A model generated the notes under the pieces. That model saw only the letters and a list, made by a program, of their open reading frames with translations, was not told where the DNA came from and did not search any database. From assembly GCA_963675525.2 (NCBI GenBank), contig CAXXSL010000001.1:274755-338754 (forward strand): 64,000 nt of DNA. Direction: 5' to 3'. Positions 28,504 through 39,097 of this stretch are shown here, one piece after another; the stretch's first letter is position 1; each line of letters starts with the position of its first letter. The translations under genes and the position numbers were made by a program. Source of the stretch: Anaerohalosphaeraceae bacterium. Its GTDB lineage: Bacteria; Planctomycetota; Phycisphaerae; Sedimentisphaerales; Anaerohalosphaeraceae.

Positions 28504-29130
28504 ATGAAGCGAAAAAAACAAAATAATCCGAAATCGGCTCCGGTTGCGGTCAGACTGCAAAATCTTAGCCGCAAAACCATTGCTGCGACAGTGCTGGTCA
28601 GCCTGATGGTCTTGCTTTGGGGACGGGTCCTGCTGAAAGGCAAAGGCAGTCCCGCCGAAGCCGTCGCTCAGGATGTCTCGCCATTACAGTCCCCAATAGC
28701 GAAGTCTGTGGCTTCTTCGGCCGGAATTGAGCCGGTTGTGCTCGACGTCCTCAATGGCCGCCATGATGCATTGACCTGCGATATGTTCAGTACGGCTAAC
28801 TGGAAAGCATTCAGTTTGACCAAACAAGAAAACGTGTCTTCCAATGCTCAGGTTTTATCGATCGAGGAGAATCTTGAAAAAAGGCACCAGTTAAATCTGG
28901 AGAAAATGGCCAAAACCCTGAAGCTGGAAGCAGTCATACACAATGCCGATGGGATACCTTATCAAGTTTTTGTCAATGATGCAATCTTGACCGTTGGGTC
29001 CGTACTGACGGTCAAAGAGGGACCTGACCAATATGAATTGTCGTTAAAGGAAATTAAAGAAAATGAGGCGTTGTTCGCGTGGAACAAATTCTCGATCACA
29101 TTGAAAATGACCGAAACGGTTGAAAAGTAG
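28504..29130 (+). CDS. Pilus/T2SS accessory protein (PilP/GspC-position hypothetical)
   Basis: Single TM; C-terminal LKLEAV...VFVND..L.VG beta domain; lies between pilO and secretin. Confidence 0.6.
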   Translation: MKRKKQNNPKSAPVAVRLQNLSRKTIAATVLVSLMVLLWGRVLLKGKGSPAEAVAQDVSPLQSPIAKSVASSAGIEPVVLDVLNGRHDALTCDMFSTANWKAFSLTKQENVSSNAQVLSIEENLEKRHQLNLEKMAKTLKLEAVIHNADGIPYQVFVNDAILTVGSVLTVKEGPDQYELSLKEIKENEALFAWNKFSITLKMTETVEK

Positions 29131-29145
29131 AAAGGATGGTGTCAA

Positions 29146-30864
29146 ATGGATGGTAACAGAAAGACAAATGTTGAACACAAGCGTTTTGTAGTGCTTGGAA
29201 CCTGGGCCGTGGTTTTGTCCATCGGTGCAATGGTGCTGATGGGGCAGGTTACAGTGGCCGGCGCCGAGCCGAGCGTGGCTGTGATTGCCGCCAGTACGAT
29301 GGCGGAAACCGAAGCAGCCGAAGCCGAGGTGCAGCAGTCCCTGAACGGCCAGTCGATCCAGACGATCAGCTTTAAGAAAGATATGCCGATCACGGATGCC
29401 CTGCGGATGCTGGCACAGATGTATCAGAAGAATATCGTACCTTCAGCGGCCGTGGACGGCATTGTAACCGTCACGAATCTGTACGATGTGACGTTCGAAG
29501 AAGCCATGCAGGCGATCCTCGGAACGCACAAGTATGAGGTCAAAGGCAACTTCATCAAGGTTTACACCAATGAAGAATTCATGCAGGACAAGAGCCGTTT
29601 TGAAAACGCGATAATTTCTCTGTATTACATCAATGCGGCTGAAGCACAGAAACTGACAGAGCCCTTGCTGAGCGAATTTGGACGACTGGGTGTTACCAGT
29701 CCTGCCGAATTGGACACCGAACCCGGTCAAGGCGGCGATACGCTGGCCATTCGGGATCGACTGGTTGTCAATGATTATCCTGAAAACATTCGCAGTATCC
29801 GTGAAACCCTTGAAGAAGTGGATATTCAACCTCCTCAGGTGTTGATCGAAGTAACATACCTGAAAGCTGTATTGGATGAAAAGACCGAATTTGGTATCGA
29901 CTGGCAGAATCTCAGTGCGGCACACGGTCTTTCGCTTGGACTCGGCGTATCTGGTGAATCTGTCAGTGGGTTTGCCAGCGGTGTTGGCGCTGGCGGCTTG
30001 ACTGTTGGTATCCTTGAAGATAATGTTGAAGTGCTGATCCGGGCATTGGACACAATTACGGATACCACAGTTTTAGCGAATCCCAAGATTATGGCGCTCA
30101 ATAAACAGGCCGGCAAAATCATTATTGGTGAACGAGACGGTTACCTGAGTTCACAGAGTGTTAGTGATGGTGGTACTTCCACACAGGAAGTTGCGTTTCT
30201 TGAAACAGGTACGGTGTTGGAATTTCGTCCCTTTATCTGTAAGGATGGGATGATTCGCATGGAACTGTATCCTAAACAGAGTGATGGTGATGTTGTTTCA
30301 ATTGGTGATTTTGTATTGCCTAATGAGACAACAACAGAAGTTATGACCAATGTTATGGTTAAAGACGGCAAGACCATTGTTCTGGGTGGTTTATTCCAGG
30401 AAGAAACCACGTTGGGTCATACACAGGTTCCACTGCTGGGTGATTTGCCTATCATTGGCGATTTGTTTAGAGGTGTTGACGATCAGTCGGTTCGTACCGA
30501 ACTGATCGTGCTGATCACGCCTCATATTATCAACGATCCTGAGGAAGCCGACGGCACCGAGCGAATGAATGATGTCATGCGTTTAGCTTATGATGCACGC
30601 AAGAACATCACCTGGATGAGCCGTGCACGCATTGAAGAAGATCGTTACGCCCAGGCCGTCAAGCTTTACACCGAAGGCCAGCCCGAAGCGGCACTGTCTT
30701 TGCTGAATTGTGAATACAGCGATATGGACCGCGGTTATCTTGATGAGCTGCGTCTGAAAGAACGTATTATTCGTGAAACGCAGCCGGATCAAGCCGACAA
30801 GATCGAGCAGATCATGCTGCGTGCGATTGAAAAAGAAGAATCCGGAAAGTGGATTCGAAGGTAA
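29146..30864 (+). CDS. Secretin (GspD/PilQ family)
   Basis: QVLIEV, LANPKIMALN..A.IIIG, VKDGKTIVLGGL, VPLLGDLPIIGDLF, ELIVLITPHII. Confidence 0.93.
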   Translation: MDGNRKTNVEHKRFVVLGTWAVVLSIGAMVLMGQVTVAGAEPSVAVIAASTMAETEAAEAEVQQSLNGQSIQTISFKKDMPITDALRMLAQMYQKNIVPSAAVDGIVTVTNLYDVTFEEAMQAILGTHKYEVKGNFIKVYTNEEFMQDKSRFENAIISLYYINAAEAQKLTEPLLSEFGRLGVTSPAELDTEPGQGGDTLAIRDRLVVNDYPENIRSIRETLEEVDIQPPQVLIEVTYLKAVLDEKTEFGIDWQNLSAAHGLSLGLGVSGESVSGFASGVGAGGLTVGILEDNVEVLIRALDTITDTTVLANPKIMALNKQAGKIIIGERDGYLSSQSVSDGGTSTQEVAFLETGTVLEFRPFICKDGMIRMELYPKQSDGDVVSIGDFVLPNETTTEVMTNVMVKDGKTIVLGGLFQEETTLGHTQVPLLGDLPIIGDLFRGVDDQSVRTELIVLITPHIINDPEEADGTERMNDVMRLAYDARKNITWMSRARIEEDRYAQAVKLYTEGQPEAALSLLNCEYSDMDRGYLDELRLKERIIRETQPDQADKIEQIMLRAIEKEESGKWIRR

Positions 30865-30880
30865 CTGTTATTGAGAACTC

Positions 30881-30919
30881 CCGGGTTTCGGCAGTGTGAT
30901 GGATGCTGCCGGAACCCGG
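30881..30919. other. Intergenic stem-loop after the secretin gene
   Basis: CCGGGTTTCGGCAG...CTGCCGGAACCCGG. Confidence 0.55.
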
Positions 30920-30955
30920 AAAACCCTAACCCAAGGAAGAAGACAGGGGTCGATC

Positions 30956-32155
30956 ATGAACACATTAAAAAAAACAGCAGTTGTTCTGCTTGTATCCGCA
31001 GTGGTATGGAGTTTTTCCGGTTGTGATGAATATGCAACCAAAAAACAGGAAATGGTGGCAGGCTGGGAACAATCCACGGCCACCGCAAAGATTCCGATGG
31101 TGGAAGATTTGATCGAACGAGGCGAGATTGAAGAAGCCAAGAAGACGCTCGAAAAGTGTCTGCAAAGCGATCCTCAATCGGCTCAACTGTATCTGCTGGC
31201 CGGCCGGATCCATTTCATCGAGGGCCGGACCGAAGAGGCTCGCAGTTATTTCGAAAAAGCCGTCGAACTGGATTCCGAATTGGCCGAAGGCTGGCATCAA
31301 CTGGGTTCATTAGCTGCGATGGAAAAGGATTATACCCTTGCCCTGCAGCATTACAGCAAAACGTTAGAACTGCAGCCCCTCAGGGCCGAATACCGTGCCA
31401 GTGTAGCCGATGTTCTCATCGAACTGGGACAGGCTGAACAGGCCAAAGAAACCCTCCAGGCCGGACTGCGTCAACAACCAAGAAATCTTGAATTGAAGTT
31501 GGCATTGGCCCGCCTGCATCATCAACTGGGCGATATTCAACAGGCGATTCAGACGTATGAACAGGCCCAGCTTATGCATGGAAATCATCCGCGTGTTCTT
31601 GAGCCCTGCGGTTATGCCTATGTGGCATTAAAGAAATGGGACAAGGCTGCGGAAAAATTCACTGTACTTTTGGAAAAATGCCAACCGGAAACCGTTCATT
31701 ATAATGTGGTGTTGCGATCGCTTGCCATGTGTTCATTTAACTCTGGAGACTACAGCAAGGCGCTGAATTGCTATGATGAGCTGTCGGTAGTGAATCGTGA
31801 AGACCCGGAAATATGGGTCGGTATGGCCCAGTCCGCATTGGGTTTGGATGATACCAAACGAGCGATTTTTTGTGCCGATAAAGCCCTTCGACTAAAGCCA
31901 GCCTGGCCCGAAGCCTATGCCGTTTTGGCTAGTGCGCAGTATATGCAGGGACAATACGAAAAATCACTGGATACGTTCCATGTGATCATCCATGACGATG
32001 AATTGTCAGGATTTGCGTGGTTTATGATCGGGCGATGCTATCGGCAGATGGGGCAAACCGCCGAGGCTCAATCAGCATTTGATCGGGCCGAACAATTGGA
32101 TCCGGACAGTGACCTGGTGACGGCATTCTTAAAGAAAACGGTACAATCTTTGTAA
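30956..32155 (+). CDS. TPR-repeat lipoprotein (possible pilotin-like role)
   Basis: Lipobox FSGC; many TPR repeats (A.ELDS/ELQP/QLDP). Confidence 0.85.
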   Translation: MNTLKKTAVVLLVSAVVWSFSGCDEYATKKQEMVAGWEQSTATAKIPMVEDLIERGEIEEAKKTLEKCLQSDPQSAQLYLLAGRIHFIEGRTEEARSYFEKAVELDSELAEGWHQLGSLAAMEKDYTLALQHYSKTLELQPLRAEYRASVADVLIELGQAEQAKETLQAGLRQQPRNLELKLALARLHHQLGDIQQAIQTYEQAQLMHGNHPRVLEPCGYAYVALKKWDKAAEKFTVLLEKCQPETVHYNVVLRSLAMCSFNSGDYSKALNCYDELSVVNREDPEIWVGMAQSALGLDDTKRAIFCADKALRLKPAWPEAYAVLASAQYMQGQYEKSLDTFHVIIHDDELSGFAWFMIGRCYRQMGQTAEAQSAFDRAEQLDPDSDLVTAFLKKTVQSL

Positions 32156-32173
32156 AGGAATGATGCGGCGGTT

Positions 32174-33598
32174 ATGAAGAAAGAAAGCTTGATCTGGATA
32201 ATTCTTGGCGGCAGTTGCATGGCGTGTCTGATCACTGCGCTGTTGGCGGGATTGGGCCTTTTTCCGAAGGGCTTATTGGTTGTTTCCGTCGGCACAGCGA
32301 TTGTCTGCGGCGGCCTGTGTGTGTTCTTCATTCGCGGGCATCTCAAGCAGCTTCATAAAATGTCCATGTCTCTTGACAGCCAGGTGCTGATTATTCCGGC
32401 GGACTTCAGGGAAACGGTGCTGGAAGAACTGACACTGGCGATCCGGAATTTTTTTGGGAAATCGCATGACCAGCTTGCATGTGTTCAGGAGGAAAACCAG
32501 AGTTTAAATTTGCAGATTCAGTTGATGCGCCGCCGCAAAAGCAATGTAGAGGAAATAATTCAAAGTATCCAGGATACGGTTTTGGTAACGGATGAAATGG
32601 ATCGTGTTGTGTTAGCCAATGAATCGGCGGAGCGGCTTTTCGGGTTTATCTTTGACGGGAGCAATCCCCGGAAAATCAGCGAAATCGTTGAAGAAACAGA
32701 GTTGCTTTCGGTCATCACGAAAATCCGCCAAAGCAAAACGTCACATGTTCGCCACGAACTGACATTTGAACGAAATGTCGGCCCGGTGACCTTTGATACG
32801 GTCCTGTCCTGTGTTGAGGATGAAACCGGGAAGGTTGTTCAGGTCGTTACCGTGCTGCATGATATTACTCGTGAGAAAGAAATTGCTCAAATGAAAAACG
32901 ATTTCGTCAGCCATGTATCGCATGAGTTAAAGACACCGCTGGCCTCGATCAATGCGTATGCGGAAATGCTGGTGGACGGCGAAGCACAGGACGAAGAAAC
33001 AATTCAGCAGTTTTGCTCGGTGATACAGAGTCAGGCGCAGCGACTGAGCCGATTGATCGAAGATATTCTTAATATTTCGCGGATTGAATCGGGATTGATA
33101 AAGGTTAATAAGGAAACACACAGCTTGGCGCTGGTGATTCGGGATGCAGTCGAGATGATCAAAAGCTATGCACAGGAAAAAAATATTGAGATCATTTCAC
33201 AGGCGCCGATCCTTTATGATCAGGTTTATGTGGATCGTGATATGATTTCTCAGGTGGTGATCAATCTGCTTAGCAATGCGGTCAAATACACGCCGGCCGG
33301 CGGTCAGATCACCGTTCAGTCTGATTTGGATGAAAGCGATGGACAGGTCAAGGTGACCATTACCGATACCGGTGTCGGCATTCCGCCTGAAGATGTGGAT
33401 CATGTGTTTGACAAGTTCTTCCGTGTTGAAGCGAACAATAAATACGCCAAAGGAACGGGCCTGGGTCTGAATCTGGTTAAGCAGATCGTGGAATCCGTCC
33501 ATGGCGGTGACGTCTTTGTGACCAGCACTGTCGGCCAGGGCAGCACCTTTGGATTTGTCCTTCCGCTGGCGGCGGAAAAGGTGACGCAAACAGCCTAA
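32174..33598 (+). CDS. Membrane PAS-domain sensor histidine kinase
   Basis: Two TMs, PAS (ANESAERLFG), VSHELKTPL, NLLSNAVKY, DTGVGI, GTGLGL. Confidence 0.95.
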   Translation: MKKESLIWIILGGSCMACLITALLAGLGLFPKGLLVVSVGTAIVCGGLCVFFIRGHLKQLHKMSMSLDSQVLIIPADFRETVLEELTLAIRNFFGKSHDQLACVQEENQSLNLQIQLMRRRKSNVEEIIQSIQDTVLVTDEMDRVVLANESAERLFGFIFDGSNPRKISEIVEETELLSVITKIRQSKTSHVRHELTFERNVGPVTFDTVLSCVEDETGKVVQVVTVLHDITREKEIAQMKNDFVSHVSHELKTPLASINAYAEMLVDGEAQDEETIQQFCSVIQSQAQRLSRLIEDILNISRIESGLIKVNKETHSLALVIRDAVEMIKSYAQEKNIEIISQAPILYDQVYVDRDMISQVVINLLSNAVKYTPAGGQITVQSDLDESDGQVKVTITDTGVGIPPEDVDHVFDKFFRVEANNKYAKGTGLGLNLVKQIVESVHGGDVFVTSTVGQGSTFGFVLPLAAEKVTQTA

Positions 33599-33644
33599 GG
33601 CCATGGAATTGTATTGATGTATCAGAAAAATGTTAAAGGAGAAA

Positions 33645-34031
33645 ATGATGTCAGATAAAAAAGCGTTGGTCGTGGACGATGAATTTCACATTGTTCAGGT
33701 TGTTTCAATTAAACTGAAAAATAACGGGTTCGATGTTGTCACGGCTGATAACGGTAGCCAGGCCTATGATCTGGCATGTGAAACGACGCCCGATATTATT
33801 GTGACGGACTATCAAATGCCCGTGATGAGCGGATTGGAATTGATCGAAAAACTTCGTCAGAATGATCAAACGGCGCATATCCCCGTAATCATGTTGACTG
33901 CGCGAGGATTCGCAATTGAAGATGATCAGCAGGAAAAGCTGCGTATTTCGGCCTGTTTGAGCAAACCCTTCAGCCCGAGAGAAGTTTTGCAGACAATCGA
34001 AGAGGTTTTGAATCAGAGTGCTGCCGTATAG
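33645..34031 (+). CDS. Single-domain response regulator
   Basis: VVDDE, IVTDYQMP, MLTA, KPF. Confidence 0.95.
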   Translation: MMSDKKALVVDDEFHIVQVVSIKLKNNGFDVVTADNGSQAYDLACETTPDIIVTDYQMPVMSGLELIEKLRQNDQTAHIPVIMLTARGFAIEDDQQEKLRISACLSKPFSPREVLQTIEEVLNQSAAV

Positions 34032-34066
34032 TCTCCGGGATTTTGTAGAGGGAAAAATAGAAAACC

Positions 34067-35644
34067 ATGGACAACATGACAACGCACATAATGACAGACT
34101 CTCAGATGCAGCAGTTTAATCAACTGGCTCATAAGGTAAACCGTCTCGGACTGAATCTGCTGGTTTTCGATGCGGGGTTCCAATGTGTACTCCGAATGCA
34201 GGCCGGTAAGTTTGAAAGTGATACTGGCCGGATTACCGAATGGCTTGCAGGAAATCCCGCTGATGATCGGGAATTCTATTGGCTCAAAGAACAGATTCTG
34301 GCCTGGCGGGTGCATTGCGAGGATGAGTCCTGCCTGACAGTGGTCGTCGATCCGGGCGATGTATCTGGAAATCAAACACAGAATGAGAGAAATTATCTAA
34401 GTTGTATTGTGGAAGATACACTCCAGCAGTTGTCTGATTCCAATAAGATTTTCCAGCAGACTGAGAAAATCAGTAACGAACTGTCTCAGGCGTATGAAGA
34501 GATTATTCTGCTGTACAACCTCAGCACGAATATGAAAGTCACACAGTCTAACGCCAATTACCTGCAAATGGCTTGCGATCAATTGACCCAATTGGTGCAG
34601 GTGGAGGGAATCGGCATTTTTATTAAGCGGAAAGCAGAAGGACAGAAAGAATTGTCGCTGATGGCAGGTTCCGGTTTTCTGACGGTTGATGCGGATTCAG
34701 CCGACATCCTCCAGATGCAGCTGATCGCAGAGATGGATCTGGGTCGGGAGGCGCTTCTGGACAGCCGGGTTGACGGTCCGTTCAAGTACACCTGGCCCGA
34801 GAGTGTGAATAATCTGATTGCGGTTCCACTGGGTGATGCGAATCGGATGGTTGGCTTTCTGGTAGCGACCAATGTCCTTAACAAGCCTGACTTTGATACG
34901 ACGGACATCAAATTGTTCAACTCCGTTGCCAATCAATGTATGGTCTTTATCGAAAATAATCATTTATTTGATGATTTGAAGGAATTATTTATCGGTTCCC
35001 TCAAGGCATTGACCAACAGTATTGATGCTAAAGACCAATACACACGCGGCCACTCTGAGCGGGTGGCGTTTATTTCTCGCTGGATCGCCGAACGTTTGGC
35101 GCAAAGTCAGCCCATCTCGGAAAAGCAGATTCATCATATTTATTTGGCGGGGTTGCTGCATGATATCGGTAAGATCGGTGTCAGCGAGTCCGTTCTGAGA
35201 AAGTCCGGCCGGCTGACCGATGAGGAGATGGGAACGATCCAGGCGCATCCGCGAATCGGTGCATCCATTCTTTCGGAAATCCGTCAGATGGATGAGATTG
35301 TACCGGGTGTGCTGGGACATCATGAACGCATGGACGGAAAGGGGTATCCCCAGGGATTGAAAGGGGAAGATATCCCGCTGGTCGCCAAAATCATCAGTCT
35401 GGCCGATTCGTTTGATGCCATGACGTCCAAACGTGTCTATCGTGACGCAATGAGCATTCAGCATGCGATTGAGGAGATCGAAAAGGGTATTGGGACCCAA
35501 TTTGACGAGGCGGTTGCCCGGGCCTTTTTGGGCAGTGATCTTGAGAAACTCTGGAGAATTATACAGGACGGATTTATTGAACGCTGGGATTACAGTAATT
35601 TTGAAGAGTACGGTGTTTCGGCTGTAGGAGCGTTGATCCGATGA
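34067..35644 (+). CDS. GAF + HD-GYP phosphodiesterase
   Basis: GAF-like region (LIAVPL...F...DIKLF); GHSERVA, LLHDIGKIG, HHERMDGKGYP, ADSFDAMT. Confidence 0.92.
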   Translation: MDNMTTHIMTDSQMQQFNQLAHKVNRLGLNLLVFDAGFQCVLRMQAGKFESDTGRITEWLAGNPADDREFYWLKEQILAWRVHCEDESCLTVVVDPGDVSGNQTQNERNYLSCIVEDTLQQLSDSNKIFQQTEKISNELSQAYEEIILLYNLSTNMKVTQSNANYLQMACDQLTQLVQVEGIGIFIKRKAEGQKELSLMAGSGFLTVDADSADILQMQLIAEMDLGREALLDSRVDGPFKYTWPESVNNLIAVPLGDANRMVGFLVATNVLNKPDFDTTDIKLFNSVANQCMVFIENNHLFDDLKELFIGSLKALTNSIDAKDQYTRGHSERVAFISRWIAERLAQSQPISEKQIHHIYLAGLLHDIGKIGVSESVLRKSGRLTDEEMGTIQAHPRIGASILSEIRQMDEIVPGVLGHHERMDGKGYPQGLKGEDIPLVAKIISLADSFDAMTSKRVYRDAMSIQHAIEEIEKGIGTQFDEAVARAFLGSDLEKLWRIIQDGFIERWDYSNFEEYGVSAVGALIR

Positions 35645-35976
35645 AGATAGAATCTCAAAAATACAATGATATTATGGTTCTGCAGTTGCACGGTGAATTT
35701 ACCAGCGAGTCGCTGAAATCCTTCGAAGAGCAGACCAGCAATGTGTTTGCTTCAAAAATCAGCGGAATCGTTCTGGATATGACCCGAGTCAGCATGATGG
35801 ACAGTCAGGCCTTGGAGCGTCTTCTTGACTTCAGCGAGCAATGCCGAGAACAGACCCGGCAGTTTAAGATCGCCGGGCTTGATGAGACATGCACCAAGAT
35901 ACTTGAAATAACGCGGCTGTTGACAAAGTTTGACACGTACGCCGAATTAACCGAAGCTGTAAAAAGTTTTGCATGA
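35641..35976 (+). CDS. STAS-domain protein (anti-sigma antagonist-like)
   Basis: LHGEF, VLDMTRVSMMDSQAL, KILEITRL. Confidence 0.88.
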   Translation: MKIESQKYNDIMVLQLHGEFTSESLKSFEEQTSNVFASKISGIVLDMTRVSMMDSQALERLLDFSEQCREQTRQFKIAGLDETCTKILEITRLLTKFDTYAELTEAVKSFA

Positions 35977-35994
35977 TATAAAGAGTTAAAGCCA

Positions 35995-37710
35995 ATGGCA
36001 GCAGCAACACAAATAAGATTGCCGCTGGGACAGCTTTTGCTGAGCCGCGGCGTGGTGACCCAGGAGCAGATTGATAAGGCGCTGGATCGGCAGCAGAACT
36101 CCGGCCATAGCAAACTGCTGGGGGAACTGCTGGTTGAGCTTGAATACTGCACGGAAAACCAGATATGTTCGGCGCTGGCCGAAGCCTATGGTGTTCCCTA
36201 TGCGGTTGTCTCGCCGAAACTCTGCGACCCCGCTGTGATTGAATTACTGCCGCGGGAATTCCTTGAAGAACATATCGTACTGCCGTTGTTTAAGGTCTAT
36301 GACACCCTGACCATTGCATTGAGCGAGCCATCGAATGTCTTTGTCATTGAGGAAATTCAGCGTTTGAGCGATTGCAAGGTCCAGGTGGTCTGTGCGACGG
36401 CCAAAGATATCAAGGCGACGCTGCAAACCTATCTTCCCGCCGCCAATGTATTTGTGATTGATGATATCATCGATGATGTCTCGCTTGAAGACTTCTCGAT
36501 GATCGAGAATATGCCCGAAGATATTTCCGATCTGGAGGAAGTTGCCGGGCAGTCCCCGGTGGTGAAACTGGTAAACTATTTAATCTACACCGCCGTTCAT
36601 GAAAACGCCAGTGATATTCACATTGAGCCGGATGAGAAAAAACTCCGGGTGCGTTACCGCGTCGACGGCCGTTTATATGAAAAGATTACACCGCCGCATC
36701 AGATGCATGCCGCAGTGGTTTCACGTATCAAGATCATGGCGGATTTGGATATTGCGCAGCGGCGTCTGCCGCAGGACGGCAGTATCCACGTGTTGGTCCA
36801 GTCCAAACCGGTGGATTTACGTGTTTCCGTGATGCCCGGAACATATGGCGAAAAAGTCGTGATTCGTGTCATTGATTTCCGGAAAATGCTGACCAATCTT
36901 GAGTCGCTTGGTTTTGGCTATGAGAATCTGCAGATATTCAAGAAGGTCATCAACCATCCGAACGGGATAGTATTGGTTACCGGGCCGACTGGCTCCGGTA
37001 AGAATACGACATTGTATGCCGCATTGTCTGAACTCAATAATGAACAGGTGAATATCTGTACAGTTGAAGATCCGGTCGAATGTAAAATTCACGGTGTTAA
37101 TCAGTTTGAGGTTCACGACTTGGCGGGATTCACCTTTGCCGGAGCGCTTCGGTCTCTGTTGCGGCAGGACCCGGATGTGATTATGGTGGGTGAAATTCGC
37201 GATCGGGATACGGCCAGCATCGCCGTTCAGGCGGCCTTGACGGGGCATCTTGTTTTGTCCACACTGCATACAAACGATTCTCCGGGTGCGGTCATCCGGC
37301 TGATTGATCTGGGCGTGGCGCCCTATCTGGTCAGTGCGTCGTTGATCGCGGTGCTGGCCCAGAGACTGGTACGAAAAATATGCCCGAATTGCAAAGACGA
37401 ATACACACCTTCATCCAGCATTCGGAAAACCGTGAAGGAGTGGGCGGGCCAGGATTTGACGTTTTACCATGGAATGGGCTGTAAGAAATGTCGAAATACA
37501 GGATATATGGGTCGAATTGCGATCCATGAAATGTTTGTCCCCGACGATAAGATACTAGATTTAATTACCGATGGGATTCCGCTGAAGGCATTACGCACCG
37601 CCGCGATCGAAAACGGTATGGTTCCGCTGCATTTGGACGGCATCGAAAAAATCAAAGCCGGAATCACCACGATTGATGAAGTGTTACGCGTCGCGAATGT
37701 TTCAGACTAA
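35995..37710 (+). CDS. GspE/PilB family assembly ATPase with MshEN-like N-terminus
   Basis: ASDIHIEP, GPTGSGKNTT, TVEDPVE, LRQDPDVIMVGEIRD, TGHLVLSTLHTN, two CxxC; N-terminal LGQLLLSRGVV...LDRQ / LGELLV. Confidence 0.95.
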   Translation: MAAATQIRLPLGQLLLSRGVVTQEQIDKALDRQQNSGHSKLLGELLVELEYCTENQICSALAEAYGVPYAVVSPKLCDPAVIELLPREFLEEHIVLPLFKVYDTLTIALSEPSNVFVIEEIQRLSDCKVQVVCATAKDIKATLQTYLPAANVFVIDDIIDDVSLEDFSMIENMPEDISDLEEVAGQSPVVKLVNYLIYTAVHENASDIHIEPDEKKLRVRYRVDGRLYEKITPPHQMHAAVVSRIKIMADLDIAQRRLPQDGSIHVLVQSKPVDLRVSVMPGTYGEKVVIRVIDFRKMLTNLESLGFGYENLQIFKKVINHPNGIVLVTGPTGSGKNTTLYAALSELNNEQVNICTVEDPVECKIHGVNQFEVHDLAGFTFAGALRSLLRQDPDVIMVGEIRDRDTASIAVQAALTGHLVLSTLHTNDSPGAVIRLIDLGVAPYLVSASLIAVLAQRLVRKICPNCKDEYTPSSSIRKTVKEWAGQDLTFYHGMGCKKCRNTGYMGRIAIHEMFVPDDKILDLITDGIPLKALRTAAIENGMVPLHLDGIEKIKAGITTIDEVLRVANVSD

Positions 37711-37726
37711 TTGAGAGCAGAGTTCA

Positions 37727-38911
37727 ATGGCGATACAGACGCTTGAAAAACCGAGAGTTGAAAGTGATCAGCAAAGCATGAACAATGCTTTAAATTCTTC
37801 ATCTGTGTTGCGCGGAACAACTCAGGCGAACTCCGGCGGGTCTGTCATCTCGAATGCCAGAGTTAAACAGGCCGAATTGATTCTGTTTACCACACAGTTA
37901 TCCGTTATGTTGGACAGCGGTGTTGTACTCAGTGACGCGATCGAAGCTATTGCCAAGCAAATGCGTCCCGGCGTTTTTCAGCAGGTCATCTTGGATATTG
38001 CCTATCGAATCTCGAATGGTGACAGCTTTTCATCGGCCCTGCAGTTTTATCCTCGCATCTTCAACAACATGTTTGTGAGCATGGTGAAAGCTTCTGAAGC
38101 TTCCGGAAAGATGTCTCATATGCTGGATGTGCTGAGCGGTTACCTGAATGCCGATGCCGATACACGAAAACAAGTCAAAAGTGCAATGATCTACCCGCTT
38201 ATAATGTTGCTGATGGCGGTTGCGGCTACAGGATCGCTGATGTTTTTCGTCTTGCCGCGGTTTACGAAAATATATGAGTCACGCGGTTCAGCGCTGCCCA
38301 AATTGACCCAAGTTCTCGTTGACTGCAGCAGTTTGGTCGGTAACCCCGTGTTTCTGGCTTTTGCCGCCACGGCCGGGATATTCGGATTCTGGGGTTTGTC
38401 GCTTTGGAAACGGACTGAAAACGGCAAAATCTCACTGGGGTGGATTAAAGTACATGTGCCGATTTTCGGAACGATGTTTGTTGATGCGGTAATGACGCGT
38501 AGCATGCGTATTCTGGCAACAATGGTCAACACCGGTGTCAGTTTGCTGGAGGCTCTGGAAGTCATGCGGATTTCCACCGATAATTATTTATTTCAGACGC
38601 TTTGGGAAAATGTGGACGCCAAAATTCGAGACGGCTATCAATTATCCGATGCGATTATGCTGTCGCCCTATAATAATTTGATCGCGCCGGGAATTATTCA
38701 GATGCTGCGAGCCGGAGAGAAATCAGGACAGATTGGCAGAGTGTGCGACAGAATATCAATTTTTCTTGAAAAGAAGCTTCAGAATTCAATCCGAACAGGT
38801 ACTGCATTGATCGAGCCGCTGATGATTACGCTGATGGGCGGAATTATCGGCACGATCGCGATTGCCTTGCTGTTACCAGTATTCCGAGTCTCCAGCGTCA
38901 TGGCACACTAA
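37727..38911 (+). CDS. GspF/PilC family platform protein
   Basis: FTTQLSVMLDSG, SAMIYP, FVLPRF, AGEKSG, LIEP, ALLLP. Confidence 0.95.
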   Translation: MAIQTLEKPRVESDQQSMNNALNSSSVLRGTTQANSGGSVISNARVKQAELILFTTQLSVMLDSGVVLSDAIEAIAKQMRPGVFQQVILDIAYRISNGDSFSSALQFYPRIFNNMFVSMVKASEASGKMSHMLDVLSGYLNADADTRKQVKSAMIYPLIMLLMAVAATGSLMFFVLPRFTKIYESRGSALPKLTQVLVDCSSLVGNPVFLAFAATAGIFGFWGLSLWKRTENGKISLGWIKVHVPIFGTMFVDAVMTRSMRILATMVNTGVSLLEALEVMRISTDNYLFQTLWENVDAKIRDGYQLSDAIMLSPYNNLIAPGIIQMLRAGEKSGQIGRVCDRISIFLEKKLQNSIRTGTALIEPLMITLMGGIIGTIAIALLLPVFRVSSVMAH

Positions 38912-39069
38912 AAAAGGTAATGCTGTGTCCACTATTATCTGTGGTCGCGGGTTTTTAGTTACCGGCTTATCACCACTACATGTTTAAAATCTTAAATAAG
39001 TCTGTACTTTCTCATTTCCCCCCCCATTTTAAAGGTGTTTTTTAATCCAAAATTAAGTGCAAAAAAAAT

Positions 39070-39097
39070 TTGCATTGGCCGGCCTTATCTGTATAAT
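39070..39097 (+). promoter_or_regulatory. Sigma70-like promoter for rpsO-pnp
   Basis: TTGCAT-N16-TATAAT. Confidence 0.55.
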
